Shown: positions 27,254 through 37,892, counted from the first letter of the stretch. The stretch: DNA of 64,000 bases from Thermoproteota archaeon (GCA_024720975.1 JANJXX010000001.1:144970-208969); one strand, 5' to 3'. Notes: generated by a model from the letters alone, not told the origin. Translations and numbers: made by a program.

Positions 27254-28258
27254 TTATGCGGCTTTTTCTTCAGCAAATAGCCAACAATATACCCAGCGAT
27301 CGCGCTCGACTTGGGTCATTGGGGGTTCTTTCCTTCTACACACATCCATTGCCCATGGACATCTAGGCCAGAATCTACAACCACTTGGAATAAAGATGGG
27401 GCTTGGTATTTCACCTTTTAGTATGATTCTTTCTCTCTTAACAGTAGGGTCAGGCACGGGCGTCGCGCTTATTAATGCCTTACTGTAGGGATTCAGCGGT
27501 TCAAGTAGCACTCTCCTTGTTGGACCCATCTCAAATATTTTTCCTAAGTACATTACAGCGATTCTATCTGCAACGTATCCTGCTGTCGCTAAGTCATGCG
27601 TTATGTAAAGAATTGTTGTATTCCTCCTCCTTCTTGCCCTCTCTAGAATTCCAAGAATGGAGGCCCTCATCGATACATCAACCATCGATACTGGCTCATC
27701 AGCAACTATAAATTCAGGATCTACAATTAATGCCTTCGCTACAACAACCCTTTGTCTCTGACCCCCCGAGATCTCTATGGGGTGTTTGTGTAGAAATTCC
27801 TCCACAGGAACTAAGTTAACCTCCTGCAGTGCCTTTATTACTTTCTCTAATCTCTTATCAGCATCCGAATCTGTAAGGAATATCAGAGGCTCCTCTAGGA
27901 TCTCCTTCAGGGTCATCTTCGGGTTTAGTGCTCCATATGGATCCTGCCATACTACTTGTAACTCCCTCCTAAATGGTTTCAACTCGGCCTCCGTCATAGC
28001 TGCAAGATTCCAAGTGTTCTTGTATATTATACGCCCACTTGTCGGTGTTTCCAACCTTATTAGAAGCCTTCCAGTTGTTGTTTTACCCGAACCACTCTCG
28101 CCTACTAATGCGAAAATTTCCCTCCTCCTTATATCAAAGCTAATTCCATCTACTGCTCTAACGTATAGTTTTTCTCTTCTTCTCAGGACATCGAATATAG
28201 TTCTTCTCACAGGAAACCATTTGACTAGGTTCTCCACTTTAAATATTAGTTCCGACAT
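27254..28258 (-). CDS. peptide/nickel (Dpp/Opp) ABC transporter ATP-binding protein, F-type
   Basis: 334 aa. Walker A GESGSGKTT, signature ISGGQRQR, Walker B FIVADEPVS. The C-terminal oligopeptide-type extension has the pattern Cx5Cx6C...C (CRFWPRCPWAMDVC...C). Confidence 0.9.
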   Translation of the reverse strand: MSELIFKVENLVKWFPVRRTIFDVLRRREKLYVRAVDGISFDIRRREIFALVGESGSGKTTTGRLLIRLETPTSGRIIYKNTWNLAAMTEAELKPFRRELQVVWQDPYGALNPKMTLKEILEEPLIFLTDSDADKRLEKVIKALQEVNLVPVEEFLHKHPIEISGGQRQRVVVAKALIVDPEFIVADEPVSMVDVSMRASILGILERARRRRNTTILYITHDLATAGYVADRIAVMYLGKIFEMGPTRRVLLEPLNPYSKALISATPVPDPTVKRERIILKGEIPSPIFIPSGCRFWPRCPWAMDVCRRKEPPMTQVERDRWVYCWLFAEEKAA

Positions 28259-28302
28259 CTTTTACCCCTCAGTATAGCATAAATTCCCTTTAAAAGATTA
28301 TG

Positions 28303-28959
28303 CTAGACTTCTAGTCTGCGCCTCCAGAAAAGCATCCCTATCAACACAAATCCAAGGAACACCAACAATGAGTGAAATCCGCCTGAAAGTATTAGCGAAG
28401 CTCCTATAAAATGCGATTTTGGATTCATCAGTCCTTCTATCAAAGCTACTAAAGCCCCCAGTTTACCTATAGAAACCAGCGAGAATCCGAACAACTGATA
28501 CGCACCCCTCTCACTTTTGATCGCTGAATACATGCCCGTAAAACCAAATACCATAGGTACCGCTAGTAAGATTAGTTGAAATCCTCTAATTTCAGAAACT
28601 ATCCTTAGCACCATTAGAGTTGTCTTCCCAAATGTGTCAAGAAGGCGCATTGGAATAATTAAATTCACTACCCCGGCAATAAAACCTAGTAGACACACAA
28701 TTGATCCTATATGAGCGAATCCTTTTTTACCCATTAAATAAAATCCAGTGCTTATAACGAAGTACAATACTCCGAGGAGTACAAATACAACCACCGTCAA
28801 CATTAAAGCACTTTCTATGGGTTTAGGACTCAGCCAATAATCTAGGTCATCTAGTGTCTTGTTAAGCATCGAGAGGCAGAAGGTTTCTATTATTGCTATG
28901 AAGAAAGCTGCTATACTTGAAGCCATAAAGGCTATCGCGCTGCGATTCAAGACTATCAT
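28303..28959 (-). CDS. uncharacterised polytopic membrane protein
   Basis: 218 aa with about 6 hydrophobic segments. It ends 44 nt upstream of the F-type ATPase gene start. Confidence 0.6.
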   Translation of the reverse strand: MIVLNRSAIAFMASSIAAFFIAIIETFCLSMLNKTLDDLDYWLSPKPIESALMLTVVVFVLLGVLYFVISTGFYLMGKKGFAHIGSIVCLLGFIAGVVNLIIPMRLLDTFGKTTLMVLRIVSEIRGFQLILLAVPMVFGFTGMYSAIKSERGAYQLFGFSLVSIGKLGALVALIEGLMNPKSHFIGASLILSGGFHSLLVFLGFVLIGMLFWRRRLEV

Positions 28960-29238
28960 CTACGTTCACCCGGAGATGTAAATTACGATAAAACAATTAT
29001 ATATTGATAATATATTCAGGAGGCACCTAAGCGACGATCTTTGGACTATACTAAAACCCATTAAAGAAAACTACCATCCTTTGTTATGTCCATGAAAAAT
29101 GAACAATAACCAAGTAAACTTAGCTGGTTAGATAGTACCGAGGAGAGGGATCTTCGCCCAAAAGCCTCTGTAACAAGTTAATTAGAGGAACCTAGCTAGA
29201 GTTATTCTTAAGCAAACACATTATAACAAGCTCTGGAC

Positions 29239-29574
29239 TTATTCTTCACCGCCGGCAATGTCTTCTCCTGATGACGTATCATCCCTCCGAGATTCAGCAG
29301 TACTCTTTTTCAGTCTCTCCTTGATTTTTTCCTCAAGTTCTACTTCCTGAAATCTTGCAGCTATTGCACCATATGTTGCTAGTCGCGCCGTTATAGGAAT
29401 CAATGCCAACGTTGAACTGAGAAATATCAACAAACCCCATATGAGCAAACCATAAATGCCAAATGACATTCCGAAGTACGCCATTATGCCGCCAGATGCC
29501 ATCATTATCAACACGAATAAGAGCCCCCTCTTCCTATAAGTGAGTCGAGGTCCGGATTCAGAATCAGAAGTCAT
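29239..29574 (-). CDS. small membrane protein with an acidic/charged C-terminal tail
   Basis: 111 aa with three hydrophobic segments, followed by EVELEEKIKERLKK...SSGEDIAGGEE. Confidence 0.5.
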   Translation of the reverse strand: MTSDSESGPRLTYRKRGLLFVLIMMASGGIMAYFGMSFGIYGLLIWGLLIFLSSTLALIPITARLATYGAIAARFQEVELEEKIKERLKKSTAESRRDDTSSGEDIAGGEE

Positions 29575-29632
29575 TATACTTACGCCTCAAGAAAGAAAAA
29601 ATTAAAGTGAGGAAAAATGATTAAAAGAGAAG

Positions 29633-32600
29633 CTATGCTCTTCTGCGCATTATAACTATTGCTGCAATTACTCCTATTATCACTACTACAGCGAGAAGCA
29701 CATAGTTCGGTATTGTTGGCACTCTTGATACAGGTATGACTCCCTCCTCGGATGGACTCCACATGGCCTCCTTTAGAGGTTTCTCAAAGGTATCACTTGT
29801 GAATGTACCCCAGACTTCCTCGGGGTCCATTGGATCGCCGATCTCCTCCCTCTCAGGTGGCGTATTATCTACACCCCACCAGTTATAAGATGCATTGATA
29901 GTTATGTTAGCCGTTGAGTAAATGCCGTGCATCCTGTTTGAGTATATACTGCAGTAGTGTACCTCGACTGCAGTCACATTTCCTGTCACTGATATTCCAT
30001 GCTCTGCACTCATTAAGATTACTGAATTCATTACTTCTAGTTTACCGCCTGTAAAACCGATGATTACGATACCGAATCCATTCTGGTAGAATTGAGTCTT
30101 GTTGACGAATACCTCTGAGTCCTCGGCAAGAATACCGTTTGCTGAATATCTTATGTCTCCACTTTCAACCGTTACCTTTGATCCTACCCTTGCAAGCACG
30201 CCTCTCTCAGCATGGAAGATCTTGCTACCTCTGATCGTGACATTTGACCCAGCCGTGTAAACCCCATATTTGACACTATCAATTGACACCTTATCCACGA
30301 TTATATTGCCTGAGAAGGCTATCGTTATAGCAGCAGTAACATCAAGGAACTTCAGCCCGCTTATAGTTATATTACTCGTACCTGCCAGGATTATCGCTGC
30401 ATACTCCTCAGTTATTTGTTTGTTCGTCTCATTCACTAAGTACAATATGTCCTTTCCATTAACCTTATTACCCTCAATCTTATGCGTTGAGAAGTGCTTG
30501 AGCTCAGTACCAATGAAAACTGGCGATAGACCCGTCATAGTATTGTTTACTAGCGTTACATTCTCCATGCCGACGAAGTATATTGGGAACTCTATCGTTT
30601 TCTCAAACGAACAACCAATTATCTTCACATTTGCTGAATATGAAGCATCAATGTTAAACTCCCTGATGTTCTTAAACACACATCCCTCGATCAATATCTC
30701 GCCTCCAACACCGGATCCACCGCCTATTCCCATAGCTCTCGTGTTATCCTTGAAAACACAGTTCCTTACCACAGCATTCTTGACGCTCTGCAAGACTAGG
30801 GCTGTATCGAAGCCAAATAACGTGACGTTCTCTATGTATACTGAGTCTTGGTTGCATGTAAGTCCATAGAAGTATGTTTCCCCACCAATAATGCTATTTG
30901 TAATATTGTACACACCTGGGACCGCAGGAGTATATGGCATTGAGACAAGTACAATCACTGAACCTCCATATGCGTACATCAAAACTTTAGAGTTGTCAAT
31001 TATCACAGTACCTCCTCGCATGTAAACCATTGTATATATGAGTGAAACGCCAAAGCACCGGGCGAGCACATATGAGTTAAGTAATTTGAATGTACCAAGG
31101 AATGGATAGGCGAAGGCATATATTGTTGATGCACCATCACACTTTATGTCTATGGTTGAGTTACCAAATACAACTGGTTTTCCGTATGCGAGTGCGAAGT
31201 AGTATATGAAAGATTCTTCATAACATTCGACGTTCAGGACCGATGTTGTAAATTCGACTGTTCCGGCACCACGTCCATATATGAAGTAGTATACGAATGC
31301 GAAGCCTCTTAGCTTGGTATTAACAATCACATTCTTGAAAGATATGCTGCCTGGGTAAGCGTAAAATGGTATTATAAGATATGACTCGTACTCAACGTCA
31401 CCTCCATATCCGTAGGCATCTATAAGTATCTCAGTACCATCAAAGTTAACTGTACCGGCGGCTCCGTATATGAATACTATCGAAGCCCATGACGTTCCCT
31501 CGTATGGGTGGAATTTGATGATACCACCAATTACGTTTATTGTCGCTAAGTAGGGAGCTATAATGTCTCCTGAAGAAAGTCCGTAGGTCCACATTTCTAT
31601 TTGTGGATTCTCTAGAGTCACGGTTGCTGTGTCTACCGCTAGACCGTTAACATACGATTCGTTGTAGGCTTTGACGATCATATTTATGCCAGTCATTGTG
31701 CCGTCTGTCCCATATAAGGTGATACCGCAAAGCATTGCAGCTCCATAGGCTTCTCCATCAAAGTTTACATTCTCTAGAGTTATAGTTGCTGTGTCTATAA
31801 TCAAGCCATAAGCAGCTGATGATTCGTAGGCTTTGACGATCATATTTATGCCAGTCACCGTGCCGTCTGTCCCATACAGGTAGATACCGTAAAGCGTTGC
31901 GCTTCCATAGACTTCTCCATCGAAGTTTATATTTGCGATGTTAACCATTGAATTTTCTGCTGTAAAACAGATAATATCGCTGTAGGCTTTAGCGGTTATA
32001 ACTACATCATTTACTGTTACCTCGGAGTACATTGCATAGAGTGGTGTATCAATGAGCTTGGAGTTCTTAATTGTTAGGGTTGCTCTCACTCCTATATCCT
32101 CATAGTTGTGGCCGGTGGAGAAGTCAGTACAGCCGACTATTTCTCCTCCTTCTACAGTGATTGTAGTGTTGGCTTCTGCCTCTATAATGTATGTCGGTGT
32201 TTGATCATATGTTATTTTGGAGTTGACTATCTTGACAATGCTTCCATTCTTTGCAATTATTCCACTAGTCCCATTGAATATTACATTTGCATCAACTATT
32301 GTCAGGTTGCCATATACCTCGAATCCAGTATCAGTGTATGTCTGATTACCAGTAATTATTGTTGTGTTACCTGCAGGAATCACTATGGTGTTGGGGAATG
32401 GACTCGTTAGACCCTTTGGTTCTGTCGGCGGATTTGGTTTTGATAGGCGTCCAATTGGGGCTTGCTCAATCTTGGTATCAAGGTCATCGAGGTTTCTTAG
32501 TTTTGGAAGAGGTATTTCCCTTGGTGCTTTAGTGGAGTATAATGCACTTTCTGTGTTGATTGGTTCATGTGTGATTGTTGTTGGAATTGTTTTCTCTGGT

Positions 32601-32689
32601 GTGTTATATGTGGCTGCAACCGTTTGTAGGGGCATCAATACTAAGGCCACGAGCAGTGATAATGCTAGAATGCGTACTTTATTATTCAT
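29633..32689 (-). CDS. large secreted, C-terminally membrane-anchored surface protein with right-handed parallel beta-helix (PbH1-like) repeats
   Basis: 1018 aa. N-terminal signal peptide (ILALSLLVALVLMPLQTVAA), many NxS/T sequons, and a C-terminal third with beta-helix-like repeats (NAVVRNCVFKDN, ILIEGCVFKN, VKIIGCSFEK, VTLVNNTMTG, ...). A terminal TM follows (YVLLAVVVIIGVIAAIVIMRRRA). Confidence 0.8.
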   Translation of the reverse strand: MNNKVRILALSLLVALVLMPLQTVAATYNTPEKTIPTTITHEPINTESALYSTKAPREIPLPKLRNLDDLDTKIEQAPIGRLSKPNPPTEPKGLTSPFPNTIVIPAGNTTIITGNQTYTDTGFEVYGNLTIVDANVIFNGTSGIIAKNGSIVKIVNSKITYDQTPTYIIEAEANTTITVEGGEIVGCTDFSTGHNYEDIGVRATLTIKNSKLIDTPLYAMYSEVTVNDVVITAKAYSDIICFTAENSMVNIANINFDGEVYGSATLYGIYLYGTDGTVTGINMIVKAYESSAAYGLIIDTATITLENVNFDGEAYGAAMLCGITLYGTDGTMTGINMIVKAYNESYVNGLAVDTATVTLENPQIEMWTYGLSSGDIIAPYLATINVIGGIIKFHPYEGTSWASIVFIYGAAGTVNFDGTEILIDAYGYGGDVEYESYLIIPFYAYPGSISFKNVIVNTKLRGFAFVYYFIYGRGAGTVEFTTSVLNVECYEESFIYYFALAYGKPVVFGNSTIDIKCDGASTIYAFAYPFLGTFKLLNSYVLARCFGVSLIYTMVYMRGGTVIIDNSKVLMYAYGGSVIVLVSMPYTPAVPGVYNITNSIIGGETYFYGLTCNQDSVYIENVTLFGFDTALVLQSVKNAVVRNCVFKDNTRAMGIGGGSGVGGEILIEGCVFKNIREFNIDASYSANVKIIGCSFEKTIEFPIYFVGMENVTLVNNTMTGLSPVFIGTELKHFSTHKIEGNKVNGKDILYLVNETNKQITEEYAAIILAGTSNITISGLKFLDVTAAITIAFSGNIIVDKVSIDSVKYGVYTAGSNVTIRGSKIFHAERGVLARVGSKVTVESGDIRYSANGILAEDSEVFVNKTQFYQNGFGIVIIGFTGGKLEVMNSVILMSAEHGISVTGNVTAVEVHYCSIYSNRMHGIYSTANITINASYNWWGVDNTPPEREEIGDPMDPEEVWGTFTSDTFEKPLKEAMWSPSEEGVIPVSRVPTIPNYVLLAVVVIIGVIAAIVIMRRRA
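31607..31930. repeat. intragenic tandem duplication, 2 x 162 bp (54 codons), inside the beta-helix surface protein gene
   Basis: Copy A is 31607-31768 and copy B is 31769-31930. They share a 32-nt identical core GTAGGCTTTGACGATCATATTTATGCCAGTCA. The protein units are NFDGE(V/A)YG...LYGTDGT(V/M)TGINMIVKAY...DTAT(I/V)TLEN. Confidence 0.9.
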
Positions 32690-33029
32690 GATAAATCCCC
32701 CCTAAGTTCGCTTTCTGTATAAAGGCTGTAAAACGGACTTAATAATGACGATATATACCTTCTATATGCTCATTTTCGTGGCTTGATTCGAGTTAATTAT
32801 GCGTTTTTATGACCAAATTTAAGTTGATATTATCTGATATATAGCTTCAGTTAGTTCACTGCTAAATATCTAACTTGGAGGAACTGCGTTTTCAGATGGA
32901 TAATAAGAAGTCGCTGAGAAATGGTGATTATTAAAAGTAGTGTTTATAATCGTGCGTCTTCATTTAACGGATTATCAGCGCCTTTCTTCTTATAAAAAAG
33001 TTAAAGGAAAAATGAGCATCTTGTTTCGC

Positions 33030-36000
33030 TCAACTTGCTGGTTTCCTGGGTTTCTTAAGTATCTTTAGCATTACAAGCGCAGCTACTGCAACAACTGCTG
33101 CGGCGGCTATAGCAATGATATGTGCCGGGATTGGATACACATTGTTTATCGTCACTTGAACGATAGCAATACCCTTATTGCCGGCTTTGTCGTGGGCCTC
33201 TACTTTCACTATGTACTTTCCGTTCTTGTACGTTGTCGTATCTAGCTGTATTGTCAATTTAGACTCCGTTGTTTTTGCGAGCACTGTGCCATCTATATAT
33301 ACTGTCACATTTTGTATAAGCATGTTATCGCTTATTGATACATTGAATGTAACATTTCCACGAAGTATACTGCCATTAGTTATTCCCTGTATTGTTATCT
33401 TTGGAGCTGTATTGTCGAAGTATACTGTTATGTTCTTCCAACCTATATTTCCGACGTTATCTGTAGATTTGATGCTAATGACATGTGCTCCATCTGGGTA
33501 CTTTGTTGTGTCGAGTTTAAACATATACTGAGAAGCAGCAATTGTTTGTCTGTGATAGTTGTTGACGTAGAGCGATATGGATGAGACTCCTGAGAGCGCG
33601 TCTGATGCCCTCACGGATATTCCGATTGTTCCTCTCAGGTATTCGCCTTCGGTAGGTGCTAGTATTGTTATTGTAGGGGGCTCATCATCGATGTAGACTT
33701 TGAGTATTTTCTCCTCTTGTCCTAGTTTTCCAAAGAGGTCTTCAACGCGGACGCTGATTGTGACTGATATTACCTTGTATCCGCTACTGTACATTTGCAT
33801 TATTAGTGAATTGGGTATTTCGATATCTAATTTGTAGGAGAACATATCTATCATTGACGTTTTGATGCTGTATTCTGAGATGTTTAGTGCGAGGTATAGA
33901 GATGTTATATTCACCGCTGTATCATCAAGTAGTTTGAGACTTGTTTTTACTGATGCATTAGGACCTATAACAATATTGTCTGGTTCGAGGATTGTTGTCG
34001 GTGGTGAGAAGTCTCTCATTATCGTTCCAGCTCTTACTACGTAATACGTTGTTCCGCTAACTTCAAAGCTTGCCTTGACTTTAATCATCAGCTGGCTTGT
34101 TGTAATTGTTGAAATGTCTATTGTTGTTGTCCATTGCCCACTAATGGGGTCATAAGTAAATTCACCAGTAAGATTTTTATCCCCCGCTGATAATTCCCAC
34201 GTAACACTCATGAGGGATGTTGAGTTCTTGGTTGTTAGGTTTAATGATGTCAGGCTTTTATCGATGAATATTGTTGATGAGCCATACTTAATGTACTCAG
34301 CATTAACTATTCTAATCTCATCGAGTATTTTACTCCAATTTGCTGCCATTTCGATTATGTTCTTAGCAAACGTAGGAACGTATTGACTTCCAGGGTATTG
34401 ACCACAAAATGCCCAATTGTCAAACATAAAGTTCGAACCAAGAGCCATCACATAACCGCCTGCAAAGCCTTGATGGATTATTGCGAGTTTGTAGTCAGAA
34501 TACTTAAGAAATGCCTCTGATGGGAAGCCCTTGTAGACTAGAATACCATAGTACGGGAGATTGAGAACATCCTTGATTATTATGTGATTACCCTCAGTCT
34601 CCGCTGACACAACAGCGATAGCCCCATCCCAACTTAAATTGTAGAGGTATGATCCAGTTGGTTTTAGGAGCTCATTTATGTTCGTTATGTTGTGATAGAA
34701 GGCGTCAAGCGCGAACGTTATTAAAGAGCCCCCATCCTTGATGAACTTGTATATAGATAATATCTCTTCCCACCAGATTCTTGTTGTTTGAAATTCGTAA
34801 CCAGGAATTCTTCCGATCTCATCAAATATTGGTACTGCTGATACCGTATCTGGCATGAATAAGAGATCATATTTTGAAAGGATCTCAGAAGATAGCTTTG
34901 TACCAAACCCAAATGGTAAGGTGTCTATTGATGCACCAAGTTTTTCCCAGTTAGCAAATAGTAGCCTAAACTGTCCGTATTTTATATCGGTTGACCAGTC
35001 AGTGTGCTTTAAGTCAAGTAAAACCCTGAGTTTGGGTTTTTCAACGAGGAAGGATATTGGAATTCTCTTTTCTAGATTATAGGTCGTATCTCTAAAGATT
35101 ATTTCTCCATTATAGAATCCTTCAGGGGTATCTTCTCGAACTGTAAAGTTGAATTCCCAGCACTTTGATGGTTCATCAACGCTTAATGATGTGCTTGAGT
35201 GCATAATTAATGCATTTGTGAAGTTTCCATAAAAGCTTATGTTCATTGTTGTTGGTCTGCTAGTTATTATTGTAAAGTTCATGAATATTGTCTGTCTGTT
35301 GAATACTTTGTCAAAGTATGGGAAGTATGACTTATGCAGCTCTGCAGTAGAGTTACTTATACCTACTGGGACCTTTGTTGGTAGGATATAAATCCATTGT
35401 GGATAATCACTTCCGCTTATTGCTGAATTTTCAAGTAGGTTGAGCGCGTTCCTCATGCTAACTGCCCCAGCTCCTACAATTAGATCTTCATACTTGACTT
35501 TCTGGGAAGCATATGTACCGTTTAGAGGTATAGCTGTTACCATCAGAACGGTTTTTACAATCCAGGGCATATCAGGTTTGCTAACATTGTGTTTCCTTAG
35601 GTAATCAACCAGCAAGGCTGCAAATCCAGCTACATGAGGCGATGAAAAGCTCGTGCCATGCCAGGCTGTGCCTGTGTATCCACCTTCTAGACTTAGGACT
35701 AATGTTCCAGACGGAGCAGCTATATCGGGTTTAACTGCGTATAGAATCGTGGGGCCAACTGAGGTGTATTCATTTCTAAGTGCTCCACTTCCTACGTAGT
35801 CTAGACCTGAATAATATGGATCAGTGGCTCCAACAGTTATTGCCCAGGGAGCGTCCCCAGGATTTCCAACAGACATAGAACCAATTTGATTATCTCCTTC
35901 ATTTCCTGCAGCGATGCACACAACAACACCGAGTTCTGTTGCCTTCTTTATAGCTAGCCAGATGGGGCAATTGTATATTCCTCCACCTCCAAGAGACATG

Positions 36001-36848
36001 TTTATAACATCAGCTTCATCACCAGTATTTGGTTGGTAATCTGGACCAAGTGCGGACCATTCAATTGCAGCAATTATGGCGGCTAAAGTTGCCCCACCAG
36101 TTCTTGGGAAGACTCTTGCATTCATTAAGAGTGCATTTGGTGCCATCCCCTGTCCACGTGGGTCGAGACCTTTTCCAGCAATGATACCAGCACATGCTGT
36201 TCCGTGGCCATTCTCGTCGCTAGGTGATGGTACGTCAGAGCTATAACCGTAGTAAGTAAGCACGAAAGATTTTTCAGCTACCACCTTACCCGACAGCTCA
36301 GGGTGGTCTTTGTTTATGCCTGTATCAATAACAGCTACTTTGATGTTTTCCCCTTTATAATTGCGCTCCCAAAACAGGTTAGCCCCCGTTAGATATGCTG
36401 TATGATTAGTCGTAGGTGCCACTTGGGCGGGTACTACGAAGTATTTTGGCAGGGAGTACAATCTATTTGCATAGACCCCATTTATTGCACCAGAGGACCT
36501 TTTTGCAATTTCTAGTAGACCGTAGAACTCTCCTTCAACGAACAATGCTGGTATGAGTTTATACTTATGCAGTACCTTATAGCCGCTTGACATGAGTTGT
36601 TGTTCTAACAGCCTCTGCGCTTCGAAGTTCTCTAGAACTACTAGGAATTGCGTCTGAGGTTTTTCTGCTCTTAGTAGCAGGGGATCTACGTAGAAGGCTA
36701 ACGATCTCGTGATATCAGACGCAATCAGTTCTTTTCCTTGGTCGTTTGGAATATTTTTATAATACCAACCAAAGACGCTTGAGTAACCCATCAGGATTAG
36801 TACGATAAGGAGAATTACATACGGCCTCTTTAACATAGGACTCCCCAC
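33030..36848 (-). CDS. subtilisin-like serine protease (S8 family, pyrolysin-like) with a large C-terminal extension, tandem Ig-like domains and a C-terminal membrane anchor
   Basis: 1272 aa. N-terminal hydrophobic leader, catalytic triad blocks VAVIDTGI (Asp), HGTACAGIIAG (His) and GTSFSSPHVAG (Ser). Two roughly 85-aa Ig-like repeats lie near the C-terminus. Terminal TM is IIAIAAAAVVAVAALVMLKILKKPRK. Confidence 0.9.
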   Translation of the reverse strand: MGSPMLKRPYVILLIVLILMGYSSVFGWYYKNIPNDQGKELIASDITRSLAFYVDPLLLRAEKPQTQFLVVLENFEAQRLLEQQLMSSGYKVLHKYKLIPALFVEGEFYGLLEIAKRSSGAINGVYANRLYSLPKYFVVPAQVAPTTNHTAYLTGANLFWERNYKGENIKVAVIDTGINKDHPELSGKVVAEKSFVLTYYGYSSDVPSPSDENGHGTACAGIIAGKGLDPRGQGMAPNALLMNARVFPRTGGATLAAIIAAIEWSALGPDYQPNTGDEADVINMSLGGGGIYNCPIWLAIKKATELGVVVCIAAGNEGDNQIGSMSVGNPGDAPWAITVGATDPYYSGLDYVGSGALRNEYTSVGPTILYAVKPDIAAPSGTLVLSLEGGYTGTAWHGTSFSSPHVAGFAALLVDYLRKHNVSKPDMPWIVKTVLMVTAIPLNGTYASQKVKYEDLIVGAGAVSMRNALNLLENSAISGSDYPQWIYILPTKVPVGISNSTAELHKSYFPYFDKVFNRQTIFMNFTIITSRPTTMNISFYGNFTNALIMHSSTSLSVDEPSKCWEFNFTVREDTPEGFYNGEIIFRDTTYNLEKRIPISFLVEKPKLRVLLDLKHTDWSTDIKYGQFRLLFANWEKLGASIDTLPFGFGTKLSSEILSKYDLLFMPDTVSAVPIFDEIGRIPGYEFQTTRIWWEEILSIYKFIKDGGSLITFALDAFYHNITNINELLKPTGSYLYNLSWDGAIAVVSAETEGNHIIIKDVLNLPYYGILVYKGFPSEAFLKYSDYKLAIIHQGFAGGYVMALGSNFMFDNWAFCGQYPGSQYVPTFAKNIIEMAANWSKILDEIRIVNAEYIKYGSSTIFIDKSLTSLNLTTKNSTSLMSVTWELSAGDKNLTGEFTYDPISGQWTTTIDISTITTSQLMIKVKASFEVSGTTYYVVRAGTIMRDFSPPTTILEPDNIVIGPNASVKTSLKLLDDTAVNITSLYLALNISEYSIKTSMIDMFSYKLDIEIPNSLIMQMYSSGYKVISVTISVRVEDLFGKLGQEEKILKVYIDDEPPTITILAPTEGEYLRGTIGISVRASDALSGVSSISLYVNNYHRQTIAASQYMFKLDTTKYPDGAHVISIKSTDNVGNIGWKNITVYFDNTAPKITIQGITNGSILRGNVTFNVSISDNMLIQNVTVYIDGTVLAKTTESKLTIQLDTTTYKNGKYIVKVEAHDKAGNKGIAIVQVTINNVYPIPAHIIAIAAAAVVAVAALVMLKILKKPRKPAS

Positions 36849-37001
36849 GATTGCTGCTATTGGATTATTTGAGAAATTAGGATTATATATAAGCTTCTAG
36901 GGCTAGACCTATTCTATGGTTCCTAATTAGTTAGAAAGTTTCATCTTAAACAAAAAAGAAAGCCAATCAAAAAAGTTTAAGAGCTGTTACTTACGTATTC
37001 T

Positions 37002-37892
37002 CTATACACGTACTAGTCTGAGCCTTCTTTTCCCGCGATAAAACTTATAAGTATATGCGATTGCTATCATTGCTGCTATTACTGAAGCCACTGTGTAATA
37101 GAAAATGTTGTGTGGAATTATTTTTGTATCAGTAATCCTCGCTAATATCTCAAATGATTCCGTGGCGGAGTACTCCCAGTAGATTCTAAGGTAACCTACA
37201 AAACCGTACTCCTTGTCAATAGTGAAGTCTATTTCAACCATGCTTGCTTCTACAACTATGTTCTCAGTTGTGTTAAGGTATTTTGCTGGAAGAAACATCT
37301 CTACGTAGTATACATCCCGATATGTTCCCAAAACTATATCCCAGCTAGAATAGATTATCCCGCACTCCTTCTTGACCAAGCCAAACTGTATCGTCATGAA
37401 ATCCTTTAGCCAGACAGTAAAACCACTCCTTGGGGAGTTTAAGAATAGGAGAGGCGTAACAGGGAAGGATGCGTTAAATCCCCATTTGAGATTACCTAAT
37501 AAGTAGCGATAGTCGGTGCTTGAAAATTCCACCGTTGCATAAGAAGACTCACCAATCCCTTGTTGTATTCTATCTGAAGTATCTTGTGCTGTATATTTTG
37601 ATTTCACCACATGAGTGTAGTTCATTACATACTTATACTCAAGCATAAACTTTCCATCAAGCGGTTTGACTGTTATTATTTCTAGGCGGAGAGATCCCTC
37701 CCAGAGCAGCTCTTTTAAAGCTCTTATACCAACTTGTACTCCTTTTAGGTATCTCCAGAGTGCAATACTCCACTCAAAGTACGAGTCGGGCTTGAATATT
37801 ACTGATTCACACATACTTCCCGTGGGCGACAACGCAAGCAATAATAGAAATATTATTGTTACCGTGCATACTCTCTTAACGCGGCCGGACAT
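37002..37892 (-). CDS. uncharacterised secreted protein with a C-terminal membrane anchor
   Basis: 296 aa. Signal-like N-terminus (VCTVTIIFLLLLALSPTG) and a C-terminal TM plus basic tail (YTVASVIAAMIAIAYTYKFYRGKRR). It starts 11 nt after the DppB-type permease stop. Confidence 0.6.
   Translation of the reverse strand: MSGRVKRVCTVTIIFLLLLALSPTGSMCESVIFKPDSYFEWSIALWRYLKGVQVGIRALKELLWEGSLRLEIITVKPLDGKFMLEYKYVMNYTHVVKSKYTAQDTSDRIQQGIGESSYATVEFSSTDYRYLLGNLKWGFNASFPVTPLLFLNSPRSGFTVWLKDFMTIQFGLVKKECGIIYSSWDIVLGTYRDVYYVEMFLPAKYLNTTENIVVEASMVEIDFTIDKEYGFVGYLRIYWEYSATESFEILARITDTKIIPHNIFYYTVASVIAAMIAIAYTYKFYRGKRRLRLVRV

Noticed and set aside
29580-29762. 60-aa minus-strand ORF overlapping the 3' end of the beta-helix protein gene
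   Set aside because: It is out of frame with and nested in the end of a strongly supported 1018-aa gene, is Cys/Ser/Asn-rich, and has no independent support.
30270-30869. 199-aa plus-strand ORF, and many similar antisense ORFs inside large genes (for example 10344-10739, 12413-12805, 17439-17714, 19714-20121, 27777-28277, 43149-43502, 46315-46869, 51253-51783)
   Set aside because: All lie antisense to genes with clear catalytic or structural motifs. They have Ser/Thr/Leu/Ile-rich low-information translations typical of shadow ORFs in AT-rich genomes.
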